A stretch of 64,000 nt of DNA from an uncultured Alphaproteobacteria bacterium (GTDB lineage: Bacteria > Pseudomonadota > Alphaproteobacteria > HIMB59 > GCA-002718135), in NCBI GenBank assembly GCA_902590695.1, contig CACIXR010000003.1, forward strand, positions 48,135 through 112,134. The letters are read 5' to 3'. A program made the translations under genes and the position numbers. Position 1 is the first letter of the stretch. Each line of letters starts with the position of its first letter. The notes beneath the pieces were generated by a model. The model was not told the DNA's origin, made no database searches, and was given only the letters and a program-made list of their open reading frames with translations. Below, in pieces: positions 42,804 through 53,627 of the stretch.

Positions 42804-43998
42804 GCTTATTACAAGCTTCTTTTATTCTGTTGCAGGCATCTTCTAGAATTGCATCACTAGTTGCATAAGATAATCTAAAATAAGGAGATAACCCAAATGC
42901 TGCACCATGAACTCCTGCTACACCTTGATCTTCTAAAAGATATGTCATGAAATCTTCATCATTGGAGATATGTTTTCCATTTGGTGTTTTTTTTCCAATT
43001 ATTCCCTCGCAATTTGGATAAACGTAGAAAGCTCCTTCTGGTTTTTGACATGTAATTCCATCAATATCATTCAATTTGTTCAATACTAGATCTCTGCGTT
43101 TTAAAAATTTTTTATTATGCTCTTCTATAAAATCCTGAGGTCCAATTATTGCTTCAACAGCAGCAGCCATTGTAATTGAAGAAGTTGATGTTGTACTTTG
43201 CGATTGTATTTTGTTCATAGCAGCAATAATCTCTTTTGGAGCTCCACAATATCCAAGTCTCCATCCTGTCATGCAATATGATTTTGAAACACCGTTTAGT
43301 GTCAAACATCTGTCTTTTAGTGAAGGTTCGATAGAAGCAAGAGTATGAAATTCTACGCCATCGTAAACAATTTTTTCATATATATCATCACACATTATAA
43401 GAACATTAGGATATTTTTTTAAGATAAGTGCTAAATCTTCTAACTCTTTTTTTGAATAAACTGAGCCAGTTGGATTACTAGGGCTATTTAACATTAACCA
43501 TTTTGTTTTAGAGTTTATATTTTTTTCTAGTTGTTCTGGTGTAATCTTAAAATTTTGTGATTGAGGACACTTAACTATTACGGGCCTCCCTTCTGCTAAT
43601 AAAACAATATCTGGATAACTGACCCAAAAGGGAGCTGTTATAATGACTTCATCTCCTGGATTAATTGTTGCCATCATAGCATTATAGATAATGTGTTTAC
43701 CTCCGACACCGCATATGATTTCATCTAACTGATAATCAATATTATTATCTTCTTTGAATTTTTTCTGAATTGCTTTTTGTAATTCTGGTGTACCTTTACC
43801 TGGTACATATTTTGTTTTGCCCTCTTCCATCGCTTTACTAGCAGCATCTCTTATATTTTTTGGTGTGTTAAAATCTGGTTCACCTGCTGCAAGAACAATT
43901 ACATCTTTACCCTCGTCCTTCAAAGCTTTGGCTTTGACATTTATACCTACAGTCATTGAAGGTTTTATTTTACTCAGTCTATCTGCAACAAAATTCAT
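42796..43998 (-). CDS. aatA: Aspartate aminotransferase (class I PLP)
   Basis: GEPDF, NSPSNPTG, DDIY, SKSYCMTGWRLG, FRLSYA. Confidence 0.88.
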   Translation of the reverse strand: MNFVADRLSKIKPSMTVGINVKAKALKDEGKDVIVLAAGEPDFNTPKNIRDAASKAMEEGKTKYVPGKGTPELQKAIQKKFKEDNNIDYQLDEIICGVGGKHIIYNAMMATINPGDEVIITAPFWVSYPDIVLLAEGRPVIVKCPQSQNFKITPEQLEKNINSKTKWLMLNSPSNPTGSVYSKKELEDLALILKKYPNVLIMCDDIYEKIVYDGVEFHTLASIEPSLKDRCLTLNGVSKSYCMTGWRLGYCGAPKEIIAAMNKIQSQSTTSTSSITMAAAVEAIIGPQDFIEEHNKKFLKRRDLVLNKLNDIDGITCQKPEGAFYVYPNCEGIIGKKTPNGKHISNDEDFMTYLLEDQGVAGVHGAAFGLSPYFRLSYATSDAILEDACNRIKEACNKLT

Positions 43999-44808
43999 TT
44001 AAATTATAAAATGTTCAATAATTAGACTAGCACAAGTTAACAACAAAAAAATAGCAAAAATCTTTCTTAATACTAACTTATCTATATTTGATGAAACTTT
44101 AGCACCAATTCCAGCAGTAAATATACTAGTTATCGATATAAAAAAAACTATTATAATATTTACATAACCAAGAGAATAAATGGGAAGTTCATTAATATTT
44201 GACCCAGTATACATAAATGTAAGTGTTCCTGGAAAAGCAATTAAAAAACCAAAAACAGCAGAAGTACCAACTGCTTCATGAATTTTTTTTGAAAACATTG
44301 TTAAAGTTGGGACACTAAAACTACCACCACCTATACCAATTGTTGCAGATAAAAAACCAATAGAAGAGCTTATTACAAAGTTAATTATATTAGATGATGG
44401 TATATCCTTACTTACAATTATTGGGTTTTGTTGAAACAGCATATTTAATGAAATCAAAAATGCTAGAATTACAAAAAGAATTACTAAACTATGTCCTGAA
44501 ATAGAACTTGCTGCAATTGAACCTACAATTGATCCTATTATTATTCCTATTGCCCATTTTTTTACAATTATCAAATTTGTATTTTTTAGTTTAACATGGG
44601 ATCTTATGGAAGAAATTGAAGTAAAACAAATTACACCAAGGGAAGATGCTACAGCAACATGCATCACAATTTCAGAGCTATAACCAAGATTAAGTAAAAT
44701 AAAGTAAGTTACAGGTACTATTATTATTCCACCTCCAACTCCTAATAATCCTGCAATAAAACCAGAGACTAGACCTGTTAATAAAAAAATAAATACTATT
44801 GAAGTCAA
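43999..44808 (-). CDS. TauE/SafE family sulfite exporter
   Basis: Duplicated GLLGVGGG / GIGGG motif, AVGTS, multi-TM. TTG start. Confidence 0.88.
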   Translation of the reverse strand: MTSIVFIFLLTGLVSGFIAGLLGVGGGIIIVPVTYFILLNLGYSSEIVMHVAVASSLGVICFTSISSIRSHVKLKNTNLIIVKKWAIGIIIGSIVGSIAASSISGHSLVILFVILAFLISLNMLFQQNPIIVSKDIPSSNIINFVISSSIGFLSATIGIGGGSFSVPTLTMFSKKIHEAVGTSAVFGFLIAFPGTLTFMYTGSNINELPIYSLGYVNIIIVFFISITSIFTAGIGAKVSSNIDKLVLRKIFAIFLLLTCASLIIEHFII

Positions 44809-44873
44809 ATAAATTACCGTATTTTAAGTTTCATTAATGTAGTAAACAATTTAATATAAAAGTAAATAAGACT

Positions 44874-46001
44874 ATGAAACATGTACATTGGATAGGAACA
44901 GGATTATCCTCCATACCAGGAATTAGAAGATTAGCTAAAAATTTAGATAATTTTACAGTATGGAATAGAACATTAGATAAAGCTACAAAGAGTATTAACC
45001 ATGTAGATAAAAAAAATGTGAATGCAAAACAGTTTGATGTTAACTTATTATTTAACGAAACAAATCCAGGTGATATTGTTATTTCTCAACTACCAGCAAA
45101 CAAACATTTAGAAATAGCTGAACTTTGTTTAAAACATAAATGTCATTTTGCATCTACTAGCTACCTTAATCCAGAAATAAATATGCTAAATTCAGATGTA
45201 AAAAAAGAAAATTTAGTATTTATCAATGAGGTCGGTTTAGACCCAGGTATCGATCATTTTTTTTCTCATTTACTTGTCAGTAATCTTAAAAAAATTGCGA
45301 CCAAAAAAACAGAAGTGGTATATGAATCATATTGTGGAGGTTTTCCAGCAATTCCAAATGATTTCAAATATAAATTTAGTTGGTCTCCAGCTGGAGTAAT
45401 CAAAGCCTTAAACAATGATGCAAAATATATAACAAAAGGTAAAATAAATACTGTAACTCCTTACAAATCCATTAGTTCTTATTCAATATCTGCTGAAAAT
45501 TTTGAAGCTTATCCAAACAGAGATTCAACACCATATGTAAGTGAATACTTGTTTGATAAGAAATGGAAAGTCAAAGAATTCGTAAGAGGAACTTTACGAC
45601 TTGATGGTTGGAAAGAGGCATGGAAAGATATTTTTTTAATGCTTGAAAATAGATCAAATAATATAGAAGCTGAAATCAATAAAAAAAGTGAAGAATTATT
45701 AAAAGATAATAAATATTTACCTGAGGAAGAAGATCGCGTTGTACTTTCTGTAAAACTTAAAGCTTTTGAAAATGATAATAAAATTTTCGATAGTTCTTAT
45801 TTTCTAGATGAAAAAGGAAGTGGTGAAAATACTGCAATGGGCAAACTTGTATCGATTACTTTATCAGCTGCAATTGATCTAATTATGGATAATAAAATTG
45901 AGTCTGGTGTTAAAACTGCACCACATAAAACAGAAGACATAATGTATTTTTTTAAAATTTTAAAAGATTATAAAATTAATATCCAACAAGAGAATGGATA
46001 A
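44874..46001 (+). CDS. Saccharopine dehydrogenase (glutamate-forming, Lys9/SDH-like)
   Basis: STSY, NEVGLDPGIDH, SYCGG, YKFSWSP, EAYPNRDS, RGTLR. Confidence 0.9.
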   Translation: MKHVHWIGTGLSSIPGIRRLAKNLDNFTVWNRTLDKATKSINHVDKKNVNAKQFDVNLLFNETNPGDIVISQLPANKHLEIAELCLKHKCHFASTSYLNPEINMLNSDVKKENLVFINEVGLDPGIDHFFSHLLVSNLKKIATKKTEVVYESYCGGFPAIPNDFKYKFSWSPAGVIKALNNDAKYITKGKINTVTPYKSISSYSISAENFEAYPNRDSTPYVSEYLFDKKWKVKEFVRGTLRLDGWKEAWKDIFLMLENRSNNIEAEINKKSEELLKDNKYLPEEEDRVVLSVKLKAFENDNKIFDSSYFLDEKGSGENTAMGKLVSITLSAAIDLIMDNKIESGVKTAPHKTEDIMYFFKILKDYKINIQQENG

Positions 46002-47223
46002 TCAATTAATTAATATTGGTATTGTTAGAGAGTCTAGAAATGATGAAAATAGAACCCCTCTAGTCCCAGAACATATTAAAAAATACAAAGAGAGCAATCC
46101 GAATATTAATTTCATTATTCAGCCATCAAATAGTAGATGTTTTTCTGATAAAGAATATGAATTATGTGGTGTTAAAATTAATGAAAATTTAAATGAATGC
46201 TCGATCATATTTGGAGTTAAAGAAATTGATCCAAATATTTTAATTAATAATAGGACATATCTTTTTTTTTCTCACACTTTTAAAATTAATAAACAACAAA
46301 AAAATCTTGAAAAACATAAGAAAGACCTACTCTTATCAATTTTAAATAAAAAAATTAAATTGATTGATTATGAAAATATCAGAGGTAAAAATGGTACAAG
46401 ATGTTTAGGTTTTGGAAGATTTGCAGGTATTGTTGGTTGTTATAATACTTTAAATTTATTACTTAGAGTGCTTGGAAAAGTATCTCTTGCTAGTGCCTAT
46501 AAAATTGGTGATTATGAAAGATTAGTACTAAATTTAAAAAATTTATATTTTCCTAAAACTAAAATTCTAGTTACTGGTGATGGTAGAGTTGCGAAAGGAG
46601 TAATTGAACTTTTGAATCAAACAAATATTAAAGCAGTATCAAAAAAAGACTTTTTGGAAAAAAAATTTGATCAAGCTATTTTTTGTAATTTGGAAACTAA
46701 AGATTATGTTACAAATAATTCTTCCACTAATTTTAACCTTGAGCATTTTATTAATAATCCTAAAGATTATTCGAGTTCTGCATTACAATATTTAAAGGAA
46801 ACTAATATACTTATAAGCGCACATTACTGGGACCCATCTTCTCCAAAAATATTTGAGAATAAAGACTTAAAAGATTTACAAAATCTAAAAATTGTTGGCG
46901 ATATTACTTGTGATATTAATGGCTCTGTCCCAACTACAATACGATCAACAACAATTGAGGAGCCAAATTATTGGATTGAAAGATATAATTTAAAAGAAAT
47001 AGATGAAAATAATGATGGAATTGCTGTTATGGCAGTTGATAATTTACCATCTGAATTACCACGGGATTCAAGTACAGAATTTAGTCAAGGTATTATCAAC
47101 GAAGTTCTTCCTTTTTTGTTAAAAGAAGATGATGGAAGAATATTAAATGGAACAATAACAACAGATGGTAGTTTTTTAGAAAAGTACAATTATCTAAATG
47201 ATTATATTAGAATCAATGAATAA
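45994..47223 (+). CDS. Lysine-ketoglutarate reductase-like protein (LKR, AlaDH/PNT fold)
   Basis: GIVRE...RTPL.P, QPS..R.F.D.EY, GVKE, FFSHT, LIDYE, GFGRFAG, GDITCD..GS, MAVDNLPSELPRDSS..F. Confidence 0.85.
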   Translation: MDNQLINIGIVRESRNDENRTPLVPEHIKKYKESNPNINFIIQPSNSRCFSDKEYELCGVKINENLNECSIIFGVKEIDPNILINNRTYLFFSHTFKINKQQKNLEKHKKDLLLSILNKKIKLIDYENIRGKNGTRCLGFGRFAGIVGCYNTLNLLLRVLGKVSLASAYKIGDYERLVLNLKNLYFPKTKILVTGDGRVAKGVIELLNQTNIKAVSKKDFLEKKFDQAIFCNLETKDYVTNNSSTNFNLEHFINNPKDYSSSALQYLKETNILISAHYWDPSSPKIFENKDLKDLQNLKIVGDITCDINGSVPTTIRSTTIEEPNYWIERYNLKEIDENNDGIAVMAVDNLPSELPRDSSTEFSQGIINEVLPFLLKEDDGRILNGTITTDGSFLEKYNYLNDYIRINE

Positions 47224-49270
47224 AGCAGAAAAAAAACATCATCTCTCTTCCGAAATCACAACACCTTTTAAAATTGTGAGTGATTTTAATCCAAGTGGTG
47301 ATCAGCCTGAAGCAATTAAAAGTATTGTTAAAAGTCTAAATGAAGGAGAACAAGAACAAGTTCTTTTAGGTGTCACTGGATCAGGTAAGACATTTACAAT
47401 GGCTAAAGTAATTGAAAAAGTACAGAAACCTACTTTGATAATGGCTCCAAACAAAACATTAGCGGCGCAACTTTATGGTGAAATGAAAAATTTGTTTCCA
47501 AATAATGCTGTTGAATATTTTGTCAGTTATTATGATTATTACACACCAGAAGCATATGTACCAAGGACGGATACATATATTGAAAAAGAATCTTCAATAA
47601 ACGAACAAATTGATCGTCTAAGACATTCAGCTACTAGATCTTTAGTGGAAAGAAGAGATACAATCATAGTAGCATCGGTTTCTTGCATTTATGGTATTGG
47701 ATCAGTTGATGCTTATTCTTCAATGTCTTTTACTTTAGACAAAAATCAATCGATAAGTAGAGAGATTATTATCAGAAAGTTGGTAGAACTTTTATACAAA
47801 CGTCGTGACATGGACTTTAGAAGAGGTAGCTTTAGGGCTAAGGGAGATATTTTAGAAATTTTCCCTTCTCACTATGAAGATATTTCTTGGAAAATTTCTA
47901 TGTTTGGAGATGATATAGAGAGTATAACGCAAGTAGACCCACTTACTGGAGAGAAGCTTGGGGAACTTGAACAAATAAGAATCTTTGCAAACTCTCATTA
48001 TGTAACCCCAAAGCCAACAATAAAAAAAGCGATTACTATGATTAAAAATGATCTAAAAAAACAATTAGAGATTTTTGAAAAAGAAAAAAAATACTTAGAA
48101 AGACAAAGATTAGATGAGAGGACTACATTTGACTTAGAAATGATGGAAACTACTGGAAGTTGTAGTGGTATTGAAAATTATTCTAGATATTTGTCAGGAA
48201 GACAGCCGGGAGAGCCTCCTCCTACACTTTATGAATATATTCCAGAAGACTCTTTATTGTTTATCGATGAAAGCCATCAGACATGTGGTCAAATAGCAGG
48301 AATGTACAAAGGTGATTTTTCTAGAAAATCAACTTTAGCTCAATATGGTTTTAGACTACCAAGTTGTGTTGATAACAGACCCTTAAAAAGAGAAGAATGG
48401 GATGCAATGCGTCCACAAACTATATTTGTAAGTGCAACGCCAGGAGATTATGAACTAGAAAAGACAGGTGGTACCTTTGTTGAACAAGTAATTAGACCAA
48501 CTGGTTTAATTGATCCACCAATTGAGATAAGGCCAACTAAACATCAAATTGATAACTTAATTGATGAATGTAAAAAGACAATAGATAAAGGTCATCGTGT
48601 TCTAATCACAACACTGACAAAAAAAATGGCCGAAGATCTTACTGAATATATTAATGAAGAAGGATTAAAGGTAAGGTATCTTCACTCTGATATCGATACA
48701 TTAGAAAGAATAGAAATTATTAGAGATCTAAGACTAGGAGTTTTTAATGTTTTAGTAGGAATAAATCTTCTAAGAGAAGGTTTAGATATTCCTGAATGTG
48801 CTTTAATGGCTATATTAGATGCTGATAAGGAAGGTTACCTTCGTTCTAGAACTAGTTTAATTCAGACTATTGGTAGGGCTGCAAGAAATGTTGAGAGTAA
48901 AGTCTTAATGTATGCTGATAACATTACCACTAGTATGAAAGAGGCAATCGAAGAGACAGATAGAAGGCGAACTAAACAACTAGAATATAATAAAATAAAT
49001 AAAATTACGCCAATCAGTATTAAAAAGAATATTCAAGAAATAATTGAGAACACAGCTGAACAAGATCATGTTACAGTTGAAATTGATAATGCTAAAGAAT
49101 TAGTTGGTAAGGATCTTGATAAACATATCAAAAATTTAGAGAAAAAAATGAACGAATTTGCCTCAAAACTTGAATTTGAAGATGCAGCAAGATTACGAGA
49201 TGAAATCAATAGATTAAAGGCAAAAGAAGTGGGTCTTTCTAATAAAGTTTTGCAGTTTAAAAAGAATTAA
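47216..49270 (+). CDS. uvrB: Excinuclease ABC subunit B
   Basis: GDQP.AI, GVTGSGKT, YYDYY.PEAY, DESH, C-terminal UVR motif LEFEDAARLRD. ATG at 47216 preferred. Confidence 0.98.
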   Translation: MNKAEKKHHLSSEITTPFKIVSDFNPSGDQPEAIKSIVKSLNEGEQEQVLLGVTGSGKTFTMAKVIEKVQKPTLIMAPNKTLAAQLYGEMKNLFPNNAVEYFVSYYDYYTPEAYVPRTDTYIEKESSINEQIDRLRHSATRSLVERRDTIIVASVSCIYGIGSVDAYSSMSFTLDKNQSISREIIIRKLVELLYKRRDMDFRRGSFRAKGDILEIFPSHYEDISWKISMFGDDIESITQVDPLTGEKLGELEQIRIFANSHYVTPKPTIKKAITMIKNDLKKQLEIFEKEKKYLERQRLDERTTFDLEMMETTGSCSGIENYSRYLSGRQPGEPPPTLYEYIPEDSLLFIDESHQTCGQIAGMYKGDFSRKSTLAQYGFRLPSCVDNRPLKREEWDAMRPQTIFVSATPGDYELEKTGGTFVEQVIRPTGLIDPPIEIRPTKHQIDNLIDECKKTIDKGHRVLITTLTKKMAEDLTEYINEEGLKVRYLHSDIDTLERIEIIRDLRLGVFNVLVGINLLREGLDIPECALMAILDADKEGYLRSRTSLIQTIGRAARNVESKVLMYADNITTSMKEAIEETDRRRTKQLEYNKINKITPISIKKNIQEIIENTAEQDHVTVEIDNAKELVGKDLDKHIKNLEKKMNEFASKLEFEDAARLRDEINRLKAKEVGLSNKVLQFKKN

Positions 49271-50274
49271 TGGATATTGTATTTTCAGAAACTAACCAAA
49301 CTGGAATCATTAAACTAAATCGTCCTAAAGCTTTAAATGCTCTCAATTTAGAAATGGCAAAAAAATTCCATGACAAATTATTAGAATGGGAAGAAAAAGA
49401 TAACATTTTAAGAGTATTGTTAGTTGGAGAAGGTAAACATTTTTGTGCAGGAGGTGATGTAAAATCTCTTGTTCTTGCTGGAAAAGAAAACTCTTTAAAA
49501 CATGATTTTTTTAAAATTGAGTATAAACTTAATTATTTAATAAGCCAATTTAGTAAAGAATTTCTTTCAATTTGGAATGGTGTAGTGATGGGAGGTGGGG
49601 TTGGTTTATCAATCTATGGTGATCACAGATTGGCAACAGACAATTCAAAATTTGCAATGCCAGAATCTGCCATTGGTTTTTTTCCAGATGTTGGTGGAAG
49701 TTATTTTTTATCAAATCTTCCAGGTAACATTGGTAAGTATATTGGTTTAACGGGCGAGGTTTTAGGGTTAAATGAATTAATTTTATTCGGATTAGCAACT
49801 CACTACTTTAAAAGTAATAAAATAGAAGATGTTAAAGAAAAATTTATTACAAAGGGAGAAATTTTACACGATAATTTTGAAGTAGACAATGATACATATC
49901 TAATTAAAAATATGAAATTAATAAATGAACTATTCAATGGAAATATTCTAAAAATCATATCAAATTTAAAAAATCATAACTCAGGGCTTTCAAAAAAAAT
50001 TTTAGATATTCTTTTAGCTAAATGTCCAATGAGTCTTGCGATAAGCACTAAACTTATAGATGATGCAAAAGGTAAATCGTTAAAAGAATGTTTAGAAACT
50101 GAATTTCAATTAAGTCAAAAAATAGTATACCGTAGTGACTTTGATAATGGTGTAAATTCTGTGCTAATTTCAAAAGATCATAATCCTATTTGGGAACCAT
50201 CAACAATAGATGAAATAAATATAGAAGATTTAGATTTTTATTTTGAAACTCATACTGAAAATCTTTATCTATAA
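49270..50274 (+). CDS. 3-hydroxyisobutyryl-CoA hydrolase-like (crotonase fold)
   Basis: LNRPKALNAL, FCAGGD, FF..EY, GVVMGGG.G, AMPE..IGFFPDVG. Confidence 0.88.
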   Translation: MDIVFSETNQTGIIKLNRPKALNALNLEMAKKFHDKLLEWEEKDNILRVLLVGEGKHFCAGGDVKSLVLAGKENSLKHDFFKIEYKLNYLISQFSKEFLSIWNGVVMGGGVGLSIYGDHRLATDNSKFAMPESAIGFFPDVGGSYFLSNLPGNIGKYIGLTGEVLGLNELILFGLATHYFKSNKIEDVKEKFITKGEILHDNFEVDNDTYLIKNMKLINELFNGNILKIISNLKNHNSGLSKKILDILLAKCPMSLAISTKLIDDAKGKSLKECLETEFQLSQKIVYRSDFDNGVNSVLISKDHNPIWEPSTIDEINIEDLDFYFETHTENLYL

Positions 50275-50282
50275 TATTGCAA

Positions 50283-52730
50283 ATGAGTAATAAAATTCCT
50301 ACTTCTGCAAAAGTAGTTGTAATAGGCGGTGGTATAGCTGGATGTTCTGTAGCTTATCATTTAGCAAAATTTGGTTGGAAAGATGTGATCTTGCTAGAAA
50401 GAGATCAATTAACTTCTGGAACTACTTGGCATGCAGCAGGACTAATTGGTCAGATTGGTGCATCAGCAACCATTACAAAACTTAGAAATTATTCGTTAAA
50501 TTTATATAAAGACCTGGAAAAAGAAACAGGATTAGCAACAGGTTTAAAGCAAAACGGCTCTTTAAATATTGCAACAACTAATGATCGATTAGAAGAATTA
50601 AAAAGGCAAGCTACTTTTGCTCAAAGATTTAATATAGAAGTTAATGAATTAGAAAAAAATCAGATTAAGGATATTTATTCTCTTATAAATACTGATGATG
50701 TTGTTGGTGGGATATTTATTCCAAAAGATGGTCAAGCAGATCCTGTTGGTATAACAAATGTTCTTGCTAAATCGGCAAAAATGTATGGTGCTCAAATATT
50801 TGAACATTGTTCTGTAAATAAAATCCTTACTAAAAATGGATCAATAGAAGGTGTAGATACAAAACATGGAAAAATTAAATGTGAGTATATTGTTCTAGCA
50901 TCTGGAATGTGGTCTAGGCAGATAGCAAATGATATTAACGTTAGTATACCGCTATATCCAAATGAACACTTCTATATATTAAGTGAGCCATTAAAAGAAA
51001 TTTCTAAATCACTTCCAGTTCTTAGAGATTACAATAATTGCTTATATCTAAAAGAGGATGCTGGAAAAATTTTAGTAGGAATTTTTGAGCCTAAAGCTAA
51101 ACCTGCATTTACTGATACGTATAAAGTGCCCAATGATTTTTCTTTTGGAGAACTACCTGAAGATTTTGATCATTTTGAACCACATTTAAAAAATGCTATG
51201 AAAAGAGTACCAGCCCTTGAAAATGTAGGTATAAGAAAATTTTTTAACGGTCCTGAAGCTTTTACTCCAGATACAAATTATCTTTTAGGAGAAACACCAG
51301 AGGTAAAAAACTTTTATGTTTGTTGTGGATTTAATAGTATTGGTATTCAGAGTGCTGGTGGTGCAGGTAAAGTAACTGCAGAATGGATGATTAACGGTGA
51401 GGTTAATGACGATCTTTACTCATTAGATATTTCAAGATTTGAAAAATTTCACTCTGAGACAAAATTTATAACTGAAAGAGTTACTGAATCATTAGGAGAT
51501 TTATATGCAATGCACTGGCCTTATAAACAACATAAATCCTCGAGAAATATTAAACTTCTTCCTTTTCATGATGATTTGAAAATAAAAGGAGCATGTTTTG
51601 GCCAAGTGGCCGGTTTCGAAAGACCAATGTGGTATGCCCTAAATGGCAAGAAACCAGAATATGAGTATAGTTATGGCTATCAAAATTGGTATGATGCAGC
51701 AAAGTATGAAACACTAAATACAAGAAAGAATGTTGGTTTATTTGACTTAAGTGCCTTTGCTAAATTTGAAATCAAGGGAGTCTCTGCCTTCAGCGATCTA
51801 CAACGATTGTGCTGTAATGATATTAAAAATAATCCCGGTCATATAACTTATACGCAAATGCTTAATTCAAATGGTGGCATTGTTGCTGATTTAACAGTTA
51901 CTTGTATTGATAAGGATTCTTTTCGTGTTGTTACAGGTTCATCTGTTAGAGAGCATGATAAAAAACATATTTCAGAAAATCTAAGTAAAAAAACAACTTT
52001 AATTGATATGACTGAAAGTTTAGCTTGTTTTGGTGTTTTTGGTCCCAAAAGTAGAGAAATTCTAACAGAAATATTTGGAGAAAATTTTTCTAACGACAAG
52101 TTTAAATTTGGAACTGCTAAAGAAATATCATTGAAAAATAATAAATTAATCTTCCAAAGATTATCTTACATTGGTGAACTTGGTTGGGAAATTTATGTTC
52201 CTATAAATATATCTAAAGAAATTTATTTAAAGTTAGTTAAAATTGGAGAAAACTATAACCTTTCGCATGCTGGAGCTCATGCACTTGATATTATGAGAAT
52301 GGAAAAAGGATATTTACATTGGGGTCATGATATTTCACCAGCTGAAAACCCATTTGAAGCTGGATTAGAATTTATTGTTAAATTAAATAAAAAAGCAGAT
52401 TTTATAGGTAAAGAAGCTTTAAAAACAAAAAATAGAATTAAGAAGAAACAACTAACAAATTTTGTTTTAGAAAAATCTACTCCAGGAAGTCCACTTTTAT
52501 TACATGATGAGCCAATTTATTATAAAAATAAGATTGTGGGAGAAACAACTTCTAGCAATTATTCATTTTGTTATAATAAAAATATGGTCTTTGGATACAT
52601 AGATTCAGAAATAGATTTAAAAAAATTAAATGGCAGTAATTTTGAAGTTGAAGTTGCTAAAAATAAATATGTTATGTCTGTTCAATTTAATCCATTGCAT
52701 GATCCTGAAAATAATTTTACAAAAATTTAG
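50283..52730 (+). CDS. Dimethylglycine/sarcosine dehydrogenase-like protein (FAD oxidoreductase plus GcvT domains)
   Basis: GGGIAG, SGTTWHAAG (flavinylated His position), NGPE.FTPD, GFERP.W, GELGWE, RMEKG. ATG at 50283 preferred. Confidence 0.9.
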   Translation: MSNKIPTSAKVVVIGGGIAGCSVAYHLAKFGWKDVILLERDQLTSGTTWHAAGLIGQIGASATITKLRNYSLNLYKDLEKETGLATGLKQNGSLNIATTNDRLEELKRQATFAQRFNIEVNELEKNQIKDIYSLINTDDVVGGIFIPKDGQADPVGITNVLAKSAKMYGAQIFEHCSVNKILTKNGSIEGVDTKHGKIKCEYIVLASGMWSRQIANDINVSIPLYPNEHFYILSEPLKEISKSLPVLRDYNNCLYLKEDAGKILVGIFEPKAKPAFTDTYKVPNDFSFGELPEDFDHFEPHLKNAMKRVPALENVGIRKFFNGPEAFTPDTNYLLGETPEVKNFYVCCGFNSIGIQSAGGAGKVTAEWMINGEVNDDLYSLDISRFEKFHSETKFITERVTESLGDLYAMHWPYKQHKSSRNIKLLPFHDDLKIKGACFGQVAGFERPMWYALNGKKPEYEYSYGYQNWYDAAKYETLNTRKNVGLFDLSAFAKFEIKGVSAFSDLQRLCCNDIKNNPGHITYTQMLNSNGGIVADLTVTCIDKDSFRVVTGSSVREHDKKHISENLSKKTTLIDMTESLACFGVFGPKSREILTEIFGENFSNDKFKFGTAKEISLKNNKLIFQRLSYIGELGWEIYVPINISKEIYLKLVKIGENYNLSHAGAHALDIMRMEKGYLHWGHDISPAENPFEAGLEFIVKLNKKADFIGKEALKTKNRIKKKQLTNFVLEKSTPGSPLLLHDEPIYYKNKIVGETTSSNYSFCYNKNMVFGYIDSEIDLKKLNGSNFEVEVAKNKYVMSVQFNPLHDPENNFTKI

Positions 52731-52748
52731 TTTTTTACGATCTAATAT

Positions 52749-53627
52749 ATGAAAAAAATTAGATTATTTTTTTCTATAGTAGTAATTATATTAATAATTT
52801 TATCTATCTTTATTTATGTTTTTCTAAATAATTTTGAAAAAGAAAAAATAATTAATGATATCGAAAAGAAATTTGAAATTAAAATTAATGAAAAAAATAA
52901 AACTAAAATCAATATTTTTCCAATTGTGAAGCTTAACACAAACTTAGAAATTAAAGATTACAAAAAAAATTTATACTTTGATAATATTAGAATTGATATT
53001 TCTCAGCCCATATTTCAAGTTTCAGGAAATTTAGATATTATAATTGATAATTTGAATATTAATAATATTAATTTTAGTGAAGTAAATATTAATGGAAGAG
53101 TAAACTATATTGAAAATTATCTTAAATATAGTGATAATTTAGAAAATTTATTTGACTCAATTTATAAAATTAATGGAAAAATAATTTTAGAAACAACTAA
53201 TGAAGAAAAATTTCTTATTACATTTTTAAAATTATTCTTTGAAAAATTAGAAAATCAAAAAAATCAAAAATTCGCATTTTCTGAATTAATAAATGCTTTT
53301 GGTAATGAAAGTTCTAATTTTAAAGGCTCAATAAATAAAAATAAAAATATATTAGAAACTAGCAAAATAGAAATTAGTAATAAAAACAACAGAATTCTTA
53401 TAAAAGGAGTATACAATTACAGTAATAATTTTATAGATATTATTTTAAACTTATCTCAAAATAATGAAATATATTTAACTACTTTGATAAAAGGAAATTT
53501 AAATAATCCTAATATAAGTTTTGATGAAAATTCAAAATTTTTTAAAAATTTAAACTCTAATGAAAATAATATAATTGAAGAAAGCGTCATTCAATTTTTA
53601 AATAATTTTTTTGATTTCAATGATTGA
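52749..53627 (+). CDS. Membrane-anchored hypothetical protein, possibly a minimal AsmA-like protein
   Basis: N-terminal TM anchor, beta-rich, C-terminal IKGNLNNPNI reminiscent of AsmA C-termini. Confidence 0.55.
   Translation: MKKIRLFFSIVVIILIILSIFIYVFLNNFEKEKIINDIEKKFEIKINEKNKTKINIFPIVKLNTNLEIKDYKKNLYFDNIRIDISQPIFQVSGNLDIIIDNLNINNINFSEVNINGRVNYIENYLKYSDNLENLFDSIYKINGKIILETTNEEKFLITFLKLFFEKLENQKNQKFAFSELINAFGNESSNFKGSINKNKNILETSKIEISNKNNRILIKGVYNYSNNFIDIILNLSQNNEIYLTTLIKGNLNNPNISFDENSKFFKNLNSNENNIIEESVIQFLNNFFDFND

Noticed and set aside
42796-44808. Aminotransferase and TauE as parts of the lysine/saccharopine pathway
   Set aside because: The enzyme looks like the ordinary housekeeping alphaproteobacterial aspartate aminotransferase; only proximity links them.
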